A DNA stretch of 64,000 nucleotides from Basidiobolus meristosporus CBS 931.73 (lineage: Eukaryota; Fungi; Basidiobolomycota). Shown here in pieces: positions 1 to 12,543 of the stretch; position 1 is the stretch's first letter; every line of letters starts with the position of its first letter. A model generated the notes under the pieces. It searched no databases. It was not told the DNA's origin and saw nothing but the letters and a program-made list of their open reading frames with translations. The position numbers were made by a program, and so were the translations under genes. The stretch lies in the NCBI GenBank assembly GCA_002104905.1, contig MCFE01000119.1:1-64000 (forward strand), given 5' to 3'.

Positions 1-445
1 TTTGCGGCCTCTCCATGTACCAAGCGTACATCAACATAACTTTCCTCCAAATTTTTCCACGAAATAGTGACGTTCCCTCCAACATTCCAGACGACACCAG
101 TCCCGGGAGTAATGATTTCAGCGGTGGCACATTGCGAGCAGAAAAGAGCAAAAAGGGAAAGCAGAAGTTTGCGAGGCATTAGTGGAATGAAAACCAGTCG
201 AACTCCCGTGGAGTATTTATTCAGGAAAACGCAGATTGTGTTCAGTAGTCAACAATTGTGTGGAACGCACTAGCCTAAACACTGGTTAATTATGTGCAAC
301 AGTGTGAGAGTATGATGACTTGAGTGAGATATAATATTTGGAGGGGCAACTGGCTATTTTATACAATATTTGGAAGGAGTACTTTTATTAGTTTAATCTA
401 AATGCCTGGAGCGTTTATTAGTCTAATCTGATTTACGTCTATGTC

Positions 446-1402
446 TTAGGAAAAGATTGGCTTGGCATTCTCTGGGGTTATTGTTTCAAGGCATATAGCC
501 TCCTCATTAACATCCTCACGAGTCAGCGTTTGGAAGGATGGAGTGCACGATTTGGTGGTTCGATCATTGTATAACTGGTTTGTACCATTTGCGCTGAATG
601 CCTGCGAATGCTCCTGGTGACGGTGATGGGAGTGGCGTAATTGCTCCGTCATGAGTAAAGAGCTTATGGCCCCTATTTTAATCAAGTCAGAACAAGTGTA
701 TTTGAATGCGCTTACACCGTACTTACAGCCCATATCCAGGAAGTAGCCATTGATGGGAGGCGCAACGCCAGTAACGATCAGAAGAATGATCAGCGTGATA
801 ACGCCACAAATGGAAAATACATAGATGAACCCATCCTTGATAAGCGCGTTATATACTGCGCCCGAATGCACCTTGGATACTCTCATCAGACTGCCAATGA
901 ACGCTGCACTAAGGAAGATGACCAAACACCCTTCGGCACTGATTAAGAGGGTAAACAGCAGGTCGGTGCCCATAGAGAAACAAGAGCCAAGAGGAGACCC
1001 CACTGACTTGATACTTAACAAAATTAAGACGTGGACCACAAACCGAGCGAGCTCTATCGTGGCTCCACACGCAGCAATAGATTTTGAGCGCATATTGGCG
1101 TAGTATGCTTTGGTGATCAAGATGATTTCAATCATCAATGTTGATACGTAGTAGGTTATCGCAGCTAGATGGATTGCAAAAGAGCAATTTTGATTCTCTA
1201 GCAGGACCAGAATGCACTGAATACTTTTACTTAGAAATAAGATGGTCGCCTGGCCCAGATTCAGTTTGAAGATGAACGAGCCTTCTCTTCTCACCATTGT
1301 AAAACTCGTGTACGTGTTGCTGAGACCAATCGGAATGGCCATGGCCGCAATGACAACATTCATGTTGCTCTGGAACAGAAGGTCTGTAGTTATCTCTGCC
1401 AT
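446..1402 (-). CDS. Orphan multi-pass (7TM/GPCR-like) membrane protein; probable in-frame 54-nt intron 673-726
   Basis: ORF has about seven hydrophobic segments and a polar C-tail. GTAAGT donor at 726 and TAG acceptor at 673 (minus strand) give ...MG-W-AISSLL... after splicing. Confidence 0.65.
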   Translation of the reverse strand: MAEITTDLLFQSNMNVVIAAMAIPIGLSNTYTSFTMVRREGSFIFKLNLGQATILFLSKSIQCILVLLENQNCSFAIHLAAITYYVSTLMIEIILITKAYYANMRSKSIAACGATIELARFVVHVLILLSIKSVGSPLGSCFSMGTDLLFTLLISAEGCLVIFLSAAFIGSLMRVSKVHSGAVYNALIKDGFIYVFSICGVITLIILLIVTGVAPPINGYFLDMGCKYGVSAFKYTCSDLIKIGAISSLLMTEQLRHSHHRHQEHSQAFSANGTNQLYNDRTTKSCTPSFQTLTREDVNEEAICLETITPENAKPIFS

Positions 1403-2104
1403 GGGTATAGTTGGAGAATATTTACAGAGGGGATTAAACGGAGGGGTGTGAGCAGAAGTTGGACGCCTCTATATAGCCTATTCGCTGGATGTTTGGGGAT
1501 CGAAAGATACCGTTGCACAGCGTTTTTAGAATTTTCGTCAGCAATTCATGGCTTTTAATAATTCCTGGGTAGCACTATTTCCGTTCGTAGATCCCGAGAG
1601 TTGATCCGACTTCTTCTCACAGCATTATTGTTGCAAACCACCTTTTCACATCATTCCTGAATATTACCGGATCCGTTGAGCCACATGTTGCTAGAACCGG
1701 GTTCTTTCAACCAAGTACCAACTTACTCACTGTACCACTCCAAACAGTCCTCAGTGTCACTATTTTGTAGTCAACGATTCGATAGTTTATTCTTGGAGTA
1801 CGACCATGTTCCTGATCTGTTCAACCATTGGGCGCCTACTCTGATGGTACAGAGAGCTGGATCGGTGATGTTTGTACTGGTGACTCAATCCATAGAAAGG
1901 TATTCTACTAATCCAGACAGAGGTGCTACATTCCGGCATTTACCGAAGGAAATGGCTGCAGATGTCTAGTAGCACCTCTGATAATACGCCTCCATTGATA
2001 GATACGCAGGGATGTTTTATAGATAGGTACAGGTAGCTTAGCAAAGGAAAGCTGATTATGGTAGCAAACACAGATAATGAATAGAATAGGGAATTATCAG
2101 TAAG

Positions 2105-3262
2105 TTACATAGAGTATCGCCGAGCCCGTTGTCCTTGCTTGCGATGCTGCCTGGAATCTTCATCGAACTCTGATACTGGCGGGTTGGTAAAATCATCAGG
2201 AAGAATCGACTGCATTGCTAATGTGACTTGGCGGCTGGCAAGCTCAACTAAATAGCGGTCTAACAATAAGACGCCCAAGGTGAAGCAGAGTGTCCAATAT
2301 ATCATCGCAAATACTACCGGCTGGTCTTTGAATGGTTTTTCAAAGAGTGGGCTTTGGTTCCGCCGCTCAATGCCTTCCGATCTGAAGCCTGGCAAAATCA
2401 GTCTTCGTCGCGCCTCATAGGGTAAGTCATTCTGAAGAAACTGGTGCCAGCTTTGTAGTTCCGTGGGCTGCTTCTTTACTGTTGAAATGGTGTTGGATTT
2501 CTTGCGTGCGAAGGGGCTGAGTTTCTTTCGTGGTGCAGGTCTAACTTCGCCCGCAGTCTCATCTTCACAATCGTTTGTTTCACTCACATCCGGTGCTTTC
2601 TCAATCGCTATCTTGGCATCGCTCAACAGGTGTTCCAACATGTTGCACACTCGATCGTAGCCCAGATCGTCACATTCGCTGGTTTCGGGCTGGACTGAAG
2701 GCTCGCTGCTGATTTGCTCATCAAAGCAATCATCTCCCGTCCCCAACTTGGAAAATGTTTAGATGATTGGAACTGTCATAGGATTCACTTAGTATTCCTT
2801 ACCACCATTGACAGTCTTTGCTTTATACGCGAATTTCTAGGACTATTCGTGTCTTTGTGGATGGACTTATTGATTCTAAACCATCAGTTAATCAATCGGC
2901 TAAAAGTTACCCATGATAGGTGACACTCCTTACTCGCTTAACTGACTCTTTACATCAAAATATGTAGAGTTTTGGAATTCCAACATAGTATGCATCGACG
3001 AGCACAAGGTTTCCAGATGAACCATCTAATGAAGGAAAAGGTTGGATTCATGGAGCAGGTTTTTCATATTTGACAGGGTACTTACTTTGTCCATTAACGG
3101 AGATTCCCCTTCAGAGAGGGCAGGCGAAGTGACGGGACTTTCTAGCTTAAGGATAGAGTACTCCGTGTCTGAGCAGTTGTGTACAACATCAAAATACGCC
3201 GGTGGGGAATCTAGGTTATTTTTTCCTGAATCAACAGTGGTTGGCTCTGTTGTGGGCTCCAT
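2105..3262 (-). CDS. Hypothetical multi-exon protein with a single C-terminal hydrophobic segment
   Basis: ORFs 3026-3262 and 2105-2746 are on the same strand. An intervening exon (RINKSIHKDTNSPRNSRIKQRLSM) ends in a GTAAGG donor. Exact exon boundaries are unresolved. Confidence 0.5.
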
Positions 3263-4225
3263 TTCAAACGAGACAAATGAAAACTCGCCGATTGGCTTAC
3301 TTCGAAGTAGTAAGATACCCTCTCAAATCTTTTCTACGGGGTTTGTCCTATCTTTACAACACTCGTAATACCCGTAGTATATGACGACTCTTAGTTTTCT
3401 ATGCGGAATTCCAGGACGGCTCTCCGCTCGGTTATGAGCAGAAAAGAGGCACTTGGAAATAGTTAAAGTAGAAAAGAGCTCCTCAATCCCTTCTCATTCA
3501 ACTATGTACTGGCGAAATGTTTACTCGCTGTGACAAGTTATATGCTATACAAACAATATCTTTGGCAGTTTAGTTTTGGTTTGAGGGGAGTATGGGAGGT
3601 AGTTTTAGAGAAGGATTAAGAGAAGGGGTCAAGGAGAGTATAACAGCGAAGACGGGACAATTCACACGTCCCTGGTATATGGTCAAAAGTGGATTTCAAT
3701 GCTCTAATCCTACATGTAAACATTAATTCTCACCAAACATCTCTGCCTAGCTAGCGCAGCTAATCCAATTCCTTTCTTGACTGCATCTGCATCTAAATAA
3801 TGGATAAGCCGGCAATTTGATTGGATTCTCTGCAAACACTGCTACGCTCCATTTTGCATACAAGAGGGAAAGTGTCAATACAGTGCATGACCACTCACGT
3901 TTCATCTACAGCGCCGAACATCGGGTAATAACAACATGAACGTCGGCTGAAAACATATCATAGCATCCTATCAACGATGAGGATTGCTGGCATGCTCTTA
4001 TTTGTAGATGCTTAGGGTTAGGGCTTGGCTCTAGGTGTTGGGGAAGAGTTGACTGAGTTGGCTTTAACCTACTAGCATTTGTGTGACATGACTAGCAATT
4101 TACGCAGTCCTATGCTCAAATCCTTTTATTGGCGAGTGCTTAACCTCACAACCACAGCCACAACCACAGCCACAACCATACAGATATTGTTAATAATAGT
4201 CGTTGGCACTCTAGTCACACTATGT

Positions 4226-5158
4226 CTAACCAGACCCGCCCTTATAAGCCTTACCTAGGAAAACCACCTGAAGCTTATCATAGCCAGCCAAGACACCAGC
4301 ACCAGCAACAGCACGGAGAATATTAGCACCTGCTCCCTTGAACAGAGAGCTAAATCCTTCCTTGGCCACAATTGCGTTGAAGCACTGAAGAGAAGAGGTA
4401 TACTTGACAGCTTCTCCGGAGGTCATCATCATTCTCCTACGGATCGTATCAATAGGATATGAGGCAAGGCCCGCACCGATAGTAACCCCCCATCCTAGCA
4501 GGAAGGATGCTAAGAGAGAATCCTGGAGTTTATCGGTAAGAAGAACCGGCTTCAATGAGTCGTATAGGCCGAAATACAGCCCGCGATAGACAATGATACC
4601 AACACAAGAGATGTTGAATCCACGATACAATCCGGCAACGCCATCACTTTTGAGGGTCTTGCGATACACATCAACTAAACCGTTGAATTGACGATCGCCT
4701 CCACCTTTTTTGGCGGACTTCGCGTCGTTGGCTAGACGAGTACGAGCGTAGTCCAATGAGTACACAAACAGAAGAGAGGAAGCACCAGCCGCACCTCCCG
4801 AAGCAAGGTTTCCTCCGAACCATTTCCAGTAGCCATCTCTCTCCTTTTTGTAGCCAAAGAGCGACTTGAAATAGTCCTTGAAGGCAAGATTCAAGGCTTG
4901 GGTTGGAAAGTAACGAATAACATTCGCCAAATTGCCTTTCCATAGAGACAGAGTGCCTTCTTCCCTGATAACACGGCTGAAGCATTCACCAACACCCTTG
5001 TAAGGATGGGAAAGGCGGCCAGTTTTCAACATTTCATCCTGGTTTTGAATCAGCAATTTGACTCGTTCGATGGGAGCGGCGGCAGTCTTGGAGACAGCAG
5101 CGGAGACACCGCCCATCAAGAAATCTACAGCGAAGCTCTTTTCGGTCTTGCCAGACAT
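4226..5158 (-). CDS. AAC: Mitochondrial ADP/ATP carrier (adenine nucleotide translocase)
   Basis: [43 protein letters not shown] start, three carrier repeats and the RRRMMM signature. Intronless CDS; probable 5'-UTR intron 5169-5240. Confidence 0.97.
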   Translation of the reverse strand: MSGKTEKSFAVDFLMGGVSAAVSKTAAAPIERVKLLIQNQDEMLKTGRLSHPYKGVGECFSRVIREEGTLSLWKGNLANVIRYFPTQALNLAFKDYFKSLFGYKKERDGYWKWFGGNLASGGAAGASSLLFVYSLDYARTRLANDAKSAKKGGGDRQFNGLVDVYRKTLKSDGVAGLYRGFNISCVGIIVYRGLYFGLYDSLKPVLLTDKLQDSLLASFLLGWGVTIGAGLASYPIDTIRRRMMMTSGEAVKYTSSLQCFNAIVAKEGFSSLFKGAGANILRAVAGAGVLAGYDKLQVVFLGKAYKGGSG

Positions 5159-5535
5159 GGTAAGGTAACTGAACAACGAAAGACTGTTCAAGGGATGAAG
5201 AGACCTTTGACGACTTGCGCCATAATATAACTGTGCTTACCATCCCCTGCAAACCCCAACCCTCTCGAATTCGTCTGTTCATCTAATTGATCAATCATTC
5301 TGCCATGACTGCTAACCTTGAAATAGGGCCCTTATTTAGACACTCCAAAAAGGGGATTGGGAAGATTTGGAGCTGGAGATGAAGATGAAGATGTACTTTT
5401 TATTACATTGAAAATAAAAGAACCAAATGAGTAGAGACTAGGTGGCCAGTGGCGCCAGCTAAGAATGTATAAGAAATAGGATGAGGGATATGCGTTTTCT
5501 ATGAGAAAGGTGCCTTTATATTGCAAACTCATGGC

Positions 5536-6198
5536 TTATTTGGATGGTGCTGGGATATCGGGAACTTGTGGCATGATAGGACGATTTTGCTCGGCAAACA
5601 TACGAGTCATAGCAATACCAAGACCCTCAATCATGGCCAACAACACGCCACCGACGACGGCTGAGGTAGCAGCAGCCTTGAAACCACCTGGGAGAAATGC
5701 TATCAGTATCCTTGTACGAGGTAGCTCCTACATTAACAGCCCTTACCTCTAGCGGCCAAGACACCACCGGTCAAGGTGCCGGAAAGAATCGAATTCCATG
5801 GATCTTCCTTTTGACGAATACCCTTGAAAGCACAGTCGAAGGTAGAGAAGAGACCACCCCAGACAGCGAAGTTTCCTATAGAGGAGGCGTAAATATCACC
5901 TATTCGAGGAAGTCGATAGATGCAGTAGAGCTTACCTCCTAGCACTGGGGCACGGGCTTTGACAGAGGTCAAAGCACCAGATATACGCTCACCCTTTGGG
6001 GAGTTCTTGATTCCCTTGACTGAATGCCAGATACCACCACCAACGGCACCCATCACGAAAGCACCACCAATATCATTAAGAATAACCCAAGGACTGATGG
6101 CAAGACATAGATGGGTTAACAAAGCATATCCATACAGAACAAAATACAATCATAGGCATGTACCAAGGGTCTCTGGAGTGATCTGCGCTTCTGGGCAT
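5536..6198 (-). CDS. TIM17: Mitochondrial inner-membrane translocase subunit Tim17 (4 exons)
   Basis: Spliced product [12 protein letters not shown]|[23 protein letters not shown]...[15 protein letters not shown]...[14 protein letters not shown] at 6198, intron 6094-6163, TAA at 5536-5538. Confidence 0.93.
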
Positions 6199-6568
6199 AT
6201 TAAAAAGTACAAAGACGAGGACTTGGTTTAGGTAAGTGAACAAGGAAACCGAACGGACGCAGGCTCAGTTATAAGGAGGAAAAGTTTGCGTTCGAGTCTG
6301 GTTTAAATTGGCGATTCGATTTACTTTTAATAAATTTTTATTCTACCTGATTCCTAACGGTTATTCGTTTCGCACATAACTGATTTTGATTTCGTGTCCA
6401 ACGAGATCAAGGAGCTGAAAATTTTTCGAGGGTGGCGAGCAGATTGGTTTGGAAATTCCTTTCTCGATTATGGAATGATGAAATCTACATTGCGGATTAT
6501 CGAGGCCGTTTTGTGACAGCGAAAATTTTGCTTCATTCGCTGAGGCAGAGAGGGTGTTGGTGTAAAGG

Positions 6569-7699
6569 ATGTTGCGGAGCAGTTTCCAGAGACACCATTG
6601 CCTGTTCCAAAAGGCTGTTTTGGGCGCAAGATTCCATACAAGATGTCTCTCAGTTGGTGAGCAAGGCACTTTCGCGGAAGGTTTGGAGGAGGCGGTTCGT
6701 TTACTGAAGGAGGATCAAATCGTAGGCATCCCTACGGAGACAGTTTATGGACTGGGCGGGAACGCGTTATCTGAGAAGGCTGTTTCCAAGATATTTGAAG
6801 CCAAAAATAGACCGCCGGATAATCCTTTGATTGTTCACGTCAGTTCGTTGAGCATGTTAAAATCCATCTTGCCCAACAATGACATTCCTAAGCTATACTT
6901 ACCATTATTGAATGCATTTTGGCCTGGCCCTTTGACGCTACTTTTCCCAAAATCCGAGCTGATACCAGATATTGTTACATGTGGCCAGCCTACGGTAGCG
7001 ATACGTTTCCCCAAGCATCCAATTACACAAGCTCTTATCGAAAAATTCGGGAAACCGGTAGCGGCACCGTCTGCCAACACCTCCGGAAAACCATCGCCTA
7101 CTCTGGCTGAGCATGTTTGCCGAGACCTGTCCGGAAAGATTCCACTGGTGCTTGACGGCGGTGCTTGCAATGTCGGCGTCGAGTCTACGGTACTGAACGG
7201 TTTGACCGTGCCACCGGTTATTTTGCGACCGGGGGGGATCACTTACGAGCAAATACGTGCGGTACCTGGCTTTGAGGATGTCCGAGTTTATCAGCGCGAT
7301 TTCAGCGATAAAGAGATGGAGAAGAAGCCTCCCACTCCTGGGATGAAGTACAGGCATTATGCCCCTGACGCTCCGGTGATCCTCGTTGAGTGTGACGAGG
7401 GAGTTGAGGATACTCTGCAAAAGATCGCATCGGAAATCCAAAACGCCTCTGCAAAAGTCGGTGTGTTGCGCACCTCTTCGTTCCCATTGAAGCATCGAGG
7501 CTTGCCAGTGGTCGAGTACTCACTAGGCGATGGCAATCACCCTGACCAGGTAGCACGAGAGTTGTTTAAAGGCTTACGCATATTAGATGGGTCGGGAGTG
7601 AAGTTTATCATCGTTGAGGGTATTAAGGAGGACCACGAGGGGTTGGCTGTCATGAACCGGCTTAGAAAGGCTGCTGACAAAATTGTAACATCTGTGTAG
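6569..7699 (+). CDS. SUA5: Threonylcarbamoyl-AMP synthase (Sua5/YrdC plus SUA5 C-domain), possible mitochondrial presequence
   Basis: PTETVYGLG, KNRPPDNPLIVH, APSANTSGKPSPT and PGMKYRHYAP motifs. The N-terminus is basic, Ser-rich and acid-poor. True start uncertain. Confidence 0.93.
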   Translation: MLRSSFQRHHCLFQKAVLGARFHTRCLSVGEQGTFAEGLEEAVRLLKEDQIVGIPTETVYGLGGNALSEKAVSKIFEAKNRPPDNPLIVHVSSLSMLKSILPNNDIPKLYLPLLNAFWPGPLTLLFPKSELIPDIVTCGQPTVAIRFPKHPITQALIEKFGKPVAAPSANTSGKPSPTLAEHVCRDLSGKIPLVLDGGACNVGVESTVLNGLTVPPVILRPGGITYEQIRAVPGFEDVRVYQRDFSDKEMEKKPPTPGMKYRHYAPDAPVILVECDEGVEDTLQKIASEIQNASAKVGVLRTSSFPLKHRGLPVVEYSLGDGNHPDQVARELFKGLRILDGSGVKFIIVEGIKEDHEGLAVMNRLRKAADKIVTSV

Positions 7700-7858
7700 A
7701 GTAACCCACACTTCTCTTGGAGATAATATCAACTAATACAATATACCAGCATATGAAGCTCGATGCTAGTAGTCCATATTAATAGAATGTTCAGAATATT
7801 TTTATTTTATCATTATGGAATAAACACTTTGGCGGTGAGCAGGGCTGCAGCGACAGTC

Positions 7859-8234
7859 TTACATCTTCATAGGTTGTGGCTGGGCCTGCTTGGTAAGTTC
7901 AGCGCTAAAGTTGGCCACAGAAAAGGTTGGTTATGGAAGTTGAGGCGGGCAAATTTGAAGCTCAGAAAGTTACCGAAGTTGTTGGGAAAAATCATCTTCA
8001 ACATCGTCGTCGTCCCAGTTATCTTCCCATAAATGAGCGTCTTGATCTTCCTCGGTTTCGTTCCAATCTAACGTAACTGGTTAACGATCGTGACGCAACC
8101 AACAATCTTTAGGTAATGACAAGCAAACCTTCAGCAGGGAACTCCTCGAATTCGTCGTCCTCTTCCAAAGCGTCGAGATGAGGAACGGGTTGTGTGGGCT
8201 TGCTGGAATTAAGGGTAGAGGCGTTGGAGGTCAT
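7859..8234 (-). CDS. SEM1: 26S proteasome lid/TREX-2 subunit Sem1/Dss1 (3 exons; absent from the ORF track)
   Basis: Exons 8234-8129, 8067-7974 and 7904-7859 give ...[13 protein letters not shown]|[32 protein letters not shown]|[14 protein letters not shown], the diagnostic Dss1 acidic motifs. GT-AG introns. Confidence 0.93.
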
Positions 8235-8698
8235 GGGAAATCAAGCCAAAAGAAACGTGCTTCAACAAGGATATGCTCAACTGCTTATTCAACTTTGCTT
8301 TCGTCTGCAATTTTCAAGTGTCTCAAGTGATTGGATGATGGCCCAATTGACGTAATATATTATATTTACTCCTCTGAAGCGCAGCTCATGTCCAGATTTG
8401 TTTATGTTTAATCAACTCTAGGAGAAGCTGCGTTAACGTTGGTCATGTGTACTGTTTGCTGTATATGTGAACACACAGAGCTGAACTTCTCATAACTTCC
8501 GTAGGTTTGGCATTCATTGGGTTGATGATATTCCATTGATAATCAGAAATGTCGAGCATCATGTGAACCAAGAGTACTGATGTTACATTCAATTAGATAG
8601 TATAATCCAACTTTATATAATCTTTGATAATCCTTGTGGCGCATTCAAATTGGGTAGTTGTTTCAATTATCAATTTGTGTTCTCTTTAATTATTGAAG

Positions 8699-11600
8699 TT
8701 TCTTTCAAGGCTTCTCAAACTTCCTCCGAATAATGGTGAGTCAAATAGTACTTGAGGAAGTAGTGTTGGAGGCCCAGAGTGCTCTCGGCTACAAACTGGT
8801 GTCTGATGGTATGATTATGGTAACCATATACCTCCGGAGGCATGCTTTTCGTTTCTCTTTTCTAACTCACGAGCTTTGTCAATCAATAGATCCCTTAGTT
8901 CTATGCGAACACTTACAAAGCAACCGAGTACTCGTATGCCAGGGAAACAACATCAATATAGCCGTTGGTAGTGAGGAATTTCAATTTCGAGTGTTAATGT
9001 GCGTGCCTGTACTTCGTGGCTTGGTTTCTGAACAGACCAGATTTATCCTATCGTCCACAAAAGATTTCCCCAATCTAACTCTGGGAGAAGGAGCCGAAGA
9101 GGTGGAGAATACCGCCGAAGTTGACGTAGATTACAGTTACCTAGTCAATGCTGGAGTTGTGAGAGACAACGATTGTTTCTTTCCGTTGTCCGACTCCGAA
9201 GAAGAGACAGAGGCTTTCGAGGGAAAGAGTAGTGGAGGGCCCGAGGAGCCTAAAAAAAACGAGTCTATTGAGCTTTATGCCGATATACTAGATAGCAGGA
9301 TTCCAGCTGAATTGATTTCCCCCAAGCCCGAGGACGAGGAAGACGACGAAACGTTTGTGTTTGTTCGTATAGAGACGCTTGGTCGTTTGCACCTTTTAAG
9401 TGGCGATCAGGTATGCTTTCAAAATCGTCAAGCCTATTCGAGTGTTGGCCCTAATCCTTATTTAGGTAATTCTCGAAGGTCAGGATGCTGCTAAGAAGCG
9501 CCTTTGTCGGGTGTTTGGCATAGAGGAAAGGTAGTTAACGAAAAAACTCTGTAAACTTTCAAGGCCGTTGGGATAATTGATTCGGCATTTAGGCTCATTC
9601 GCAGTGGCCACACGTCGGAGATATTCATGTCGCCTTGTTTATTCTACAATTTGGGAATCAAGCCAAACTCCGCTACTCCCCAGGCAATCCGTCTTACGTA
9701 TACGTGTGAGAATGCTCCTCTCTGTACAATTCGTGAAGCGGTTCTTGCCCGTGTCCCTACCCCAGTCTCAACCAGCAAAACCTACGAGAAGGCCTTCATG
9801 AACGCTCTGAAGGATTATTTTGAAAGTAAGAACCGGGTCGTGTGCGAGGGTGATGTCATTGCAGTCACCATCGATGAGGAAAGAGCAAGACAAGAGGAAA
9901 GCGGAGATAATGATGAAGAGATTTCCAATTTTGTCAGCTTGAGAGAGAATATTAAACAGAGCAATCTGACGGCTGTGTATTTCCACGTGACCGCCGTCGA
10001 GTTTAGTAAAGCATCACCTCCGGTACTGATAACTGGAGGAGTTATTGACGTTAATTCCACAAAGCTGATTCAAGAAGGCGTGTCAAACATCCAGGTTCCT
10101 TCCATGCAGCGTTACCTGGGTGCTACTGGAGATATTCCTCCTCTGCCCAGCGATATTCCTGAAGAATCCCCGTTTGCGTCCCTCTTGGACATCGCATCAT
10201 CCTCAGTTCATCCATTGGCCATAGAACTTGGTTTGAGTTGCTCCGTATTACTACGTGGTGCTAGGGGTAATGGGAAACGTGTTCTTGGTGCATGGGTAGC
10301 CGAAAAACTGGGACTTTGTTTTTACGATGTTAATTGCTTCGACCTTGCGGGAGAAACCGAGGCCAAAACCGAATCATCACTCCGAGCTCGATTCGATATT
10401 GCTGCTACATACGCACCATGTCTATTCTTACTGAGAAATATTGAAGCCTTGGCCTCTAAAGAAGCCACTGTGGAGTCCGGCCAAGAGCCTGTTATCTCGT
10501 CTGTGTTGTCAGAGTGTCTCGCAAAGGTAGAGGAGACAACGAAGAAGACTGGTCAGCCCGTACTGGTGGTTGCCACTGCCTCCGATCCGGAAAGAATACC
10601 TAATAGTTTACTGAGTTGTTTCCGCCATGAAATTGAAATTGAGGTACTGATCACAATGGATGACTTGCATTAGCCAAATCGAAAGCTAATCCATAGGTAT
10701 TGATAGGCACCTAACGAAGCCAACCGTTTAGCAATTCTCAAATCTCTCACAGCAAAAATCCCTCTAGCCCCTGATGTTTCGATTTCCTCTTTAGCCACTC
10801 AGACTGCTGCATTGGTTGCTAAAGACTTGGTGGACCTTGTTGCTCGAGCAGGAGTTGCTGGGTTGGAGAGAGTTTCCAAGGCTACCACGGTTAGTGGGAA
10901 TGGTGTAACCTGGAATGATCTCATTGAGGCCGGAGTCACACTCAATGCTTCGGATTTTGATAGAGCTCTAGGTAAAGCTAGAGCTTCTTATTCGGACAGT
11001 ATTGGTGCTCCTAAAATCCCCAACGTGACTTGGGATGATGTTGGCGGCCTCGCATCAGTTAAGGATGATATATTGGATACTATTCAGCTTCCACTGGAGC
11101 ATCCGGAGCTGTTTGCTAGTGGGATGAAGAAAAGATCTGGCATTTTGTTTTACGGACCTCCTGGTACCGGTAAGACACTATTAGCAAAGGCCGTTGCAAC
11201 ATCGTGCTCGTTGAATTTCTTTTCGGTCAAGGGACCGGAGTTGCTGAATATGTACATCGGTGAATCTGAAGCCAACGTCAGAAGAGTATTCCAACGTGCC
11301 AGAGACGCCAAACCTTGTGTCATTTTCTTTGATGAATTGGACTCCATTGCACCAAAGAGAGGCGAGAAAGGAGATTCGGGTGGTGTTATGGACAGAATTG
11401 TGAGTCAAATTCTAGCGGAGCTGGATGGTATGAGCAGTGGTGATGGTTCGTCCGATGTATTTGTCATTGGTGCTACTAATAGACCTGATCTACTTGACCC
11501 TGCATTGCTCCGTCCTGGACGGTAAGTCACTCTACAGGTAGAATGTTTGATTCAGAGGAATTAATCGTCTCTTCTAGCTTTGACAAGCTACTATATCTCG

Positions 11601-12279
11601 GTATCAGCGAGGATAATGACTCACAACACAACATTCTACAGGCATTGACTAGGAAGTAGGTTTTCAACATTGAAATCCCCTTGGTGGTCGCTAGCTCTAA
11701 CCATAGAATCTTAGGTTCCGTCTGGCGCCAGATTTAGATCTTCGCAAAGTTGCCGAGAAATGTCCATTCCATTACACGGGTGCTGACTTTTATGCGCTTT
11801 GCTCAGACGCAATGCTGAAAGCCATGACTCGTACGGCCGGTGAGATTGATCAGAAGATCCGTGACTGGAACGAAAACCCACCGTTACCGCCAGCGGGTAT
11901 CAAGTATCCTGTGCCTATGACGGTGCAGTACTATTTGGATAGACTGGTCAAGCCCGAGGAAACAGAGGTGCTGGTCCAAATGGTGGACTTTATGAATGCC
12001 CAGGCGGAATTGATTCCTTCGGTCAGCCCAGATGAGCTTGAGCATTATAAGAAAGTCCGGGAGCAGTTCGACAGCTCGATGAGCAAAGAGAAGTCGGATG
12101 CACCCAAGCAGGAAATAGTACAATCCTCCAGTTCAAGCAGTTCAATGCATAGCGCACCCGAATCCAGCTTAGACACAGCTGCTCGATCGGATCCCCAACC
12201 TGACAACTTGGATTCTGTTGTGCCCAATGGGAAATCCAAGGGCAAGAAAAAAGATAAAGGAAAGGGAAGAAGCTACTAA
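8699..12279 (+). CDS. PEX6: Peroxisomal AAA+ ATPase Pex6 (multi-exon; further 5' exons probably lie upstream of 8699)
   Basis: D2 domain [18 protein letters not shown]...[16 protein letters not shown]...FFDELDS...[20 protein letters not shown], with a degenerate D1 (GARGNGKR). Start codon not resolved. Confidence 0.9.
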
Positions 12280-12543
12280 TTCTCCAGTCAAGTTAAAGAT
12301 ATCTAATCTCATTACATCTTGCATATCCCCTTCACACATGCATTGTTTATACAATAAAGCCCCTCACCGCCCATGTCTCCTCGACGAGTTCGCCAAGATG
12401 AAAATTTCGTTGGTATTGAAGCTTTATTCACGTTAAGCTTAGCATACATAAGGGTATAAAAATTGGGGCTTGGTATGTTCTTTACAAATAAGAGCGGGTT
12501 CGAAAAGTAGTTGTGGCTACATTTTCGAAGGGTTCTTGGATAG

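Noticed and set aside
1560-1975. ORF 1676-1969 and possible minus-strand mini-exons (e.g. DTEDCLEWY before a GTGAGT donor)
   Set aside because: I could not build a consistent gene model or recognise any homology; left unannotated.
4012-4180. TTAGGG x2 (about 4013-4024) and CACAAC/CACAGC hexamer repeat (about 4147-4178)
   Set aside because: Too short for an interstitial telomere or a meaningful satellite; compatible with chance or simple 3'-UTR low complexity.
4226-7699. AAC, TIM17 and SUA5 as a mitochondrial gene cluster
   Set aside because: Three adjacent genes with unrelated functions are plausible by chance in a gene-dense genome; no shared motif seen.
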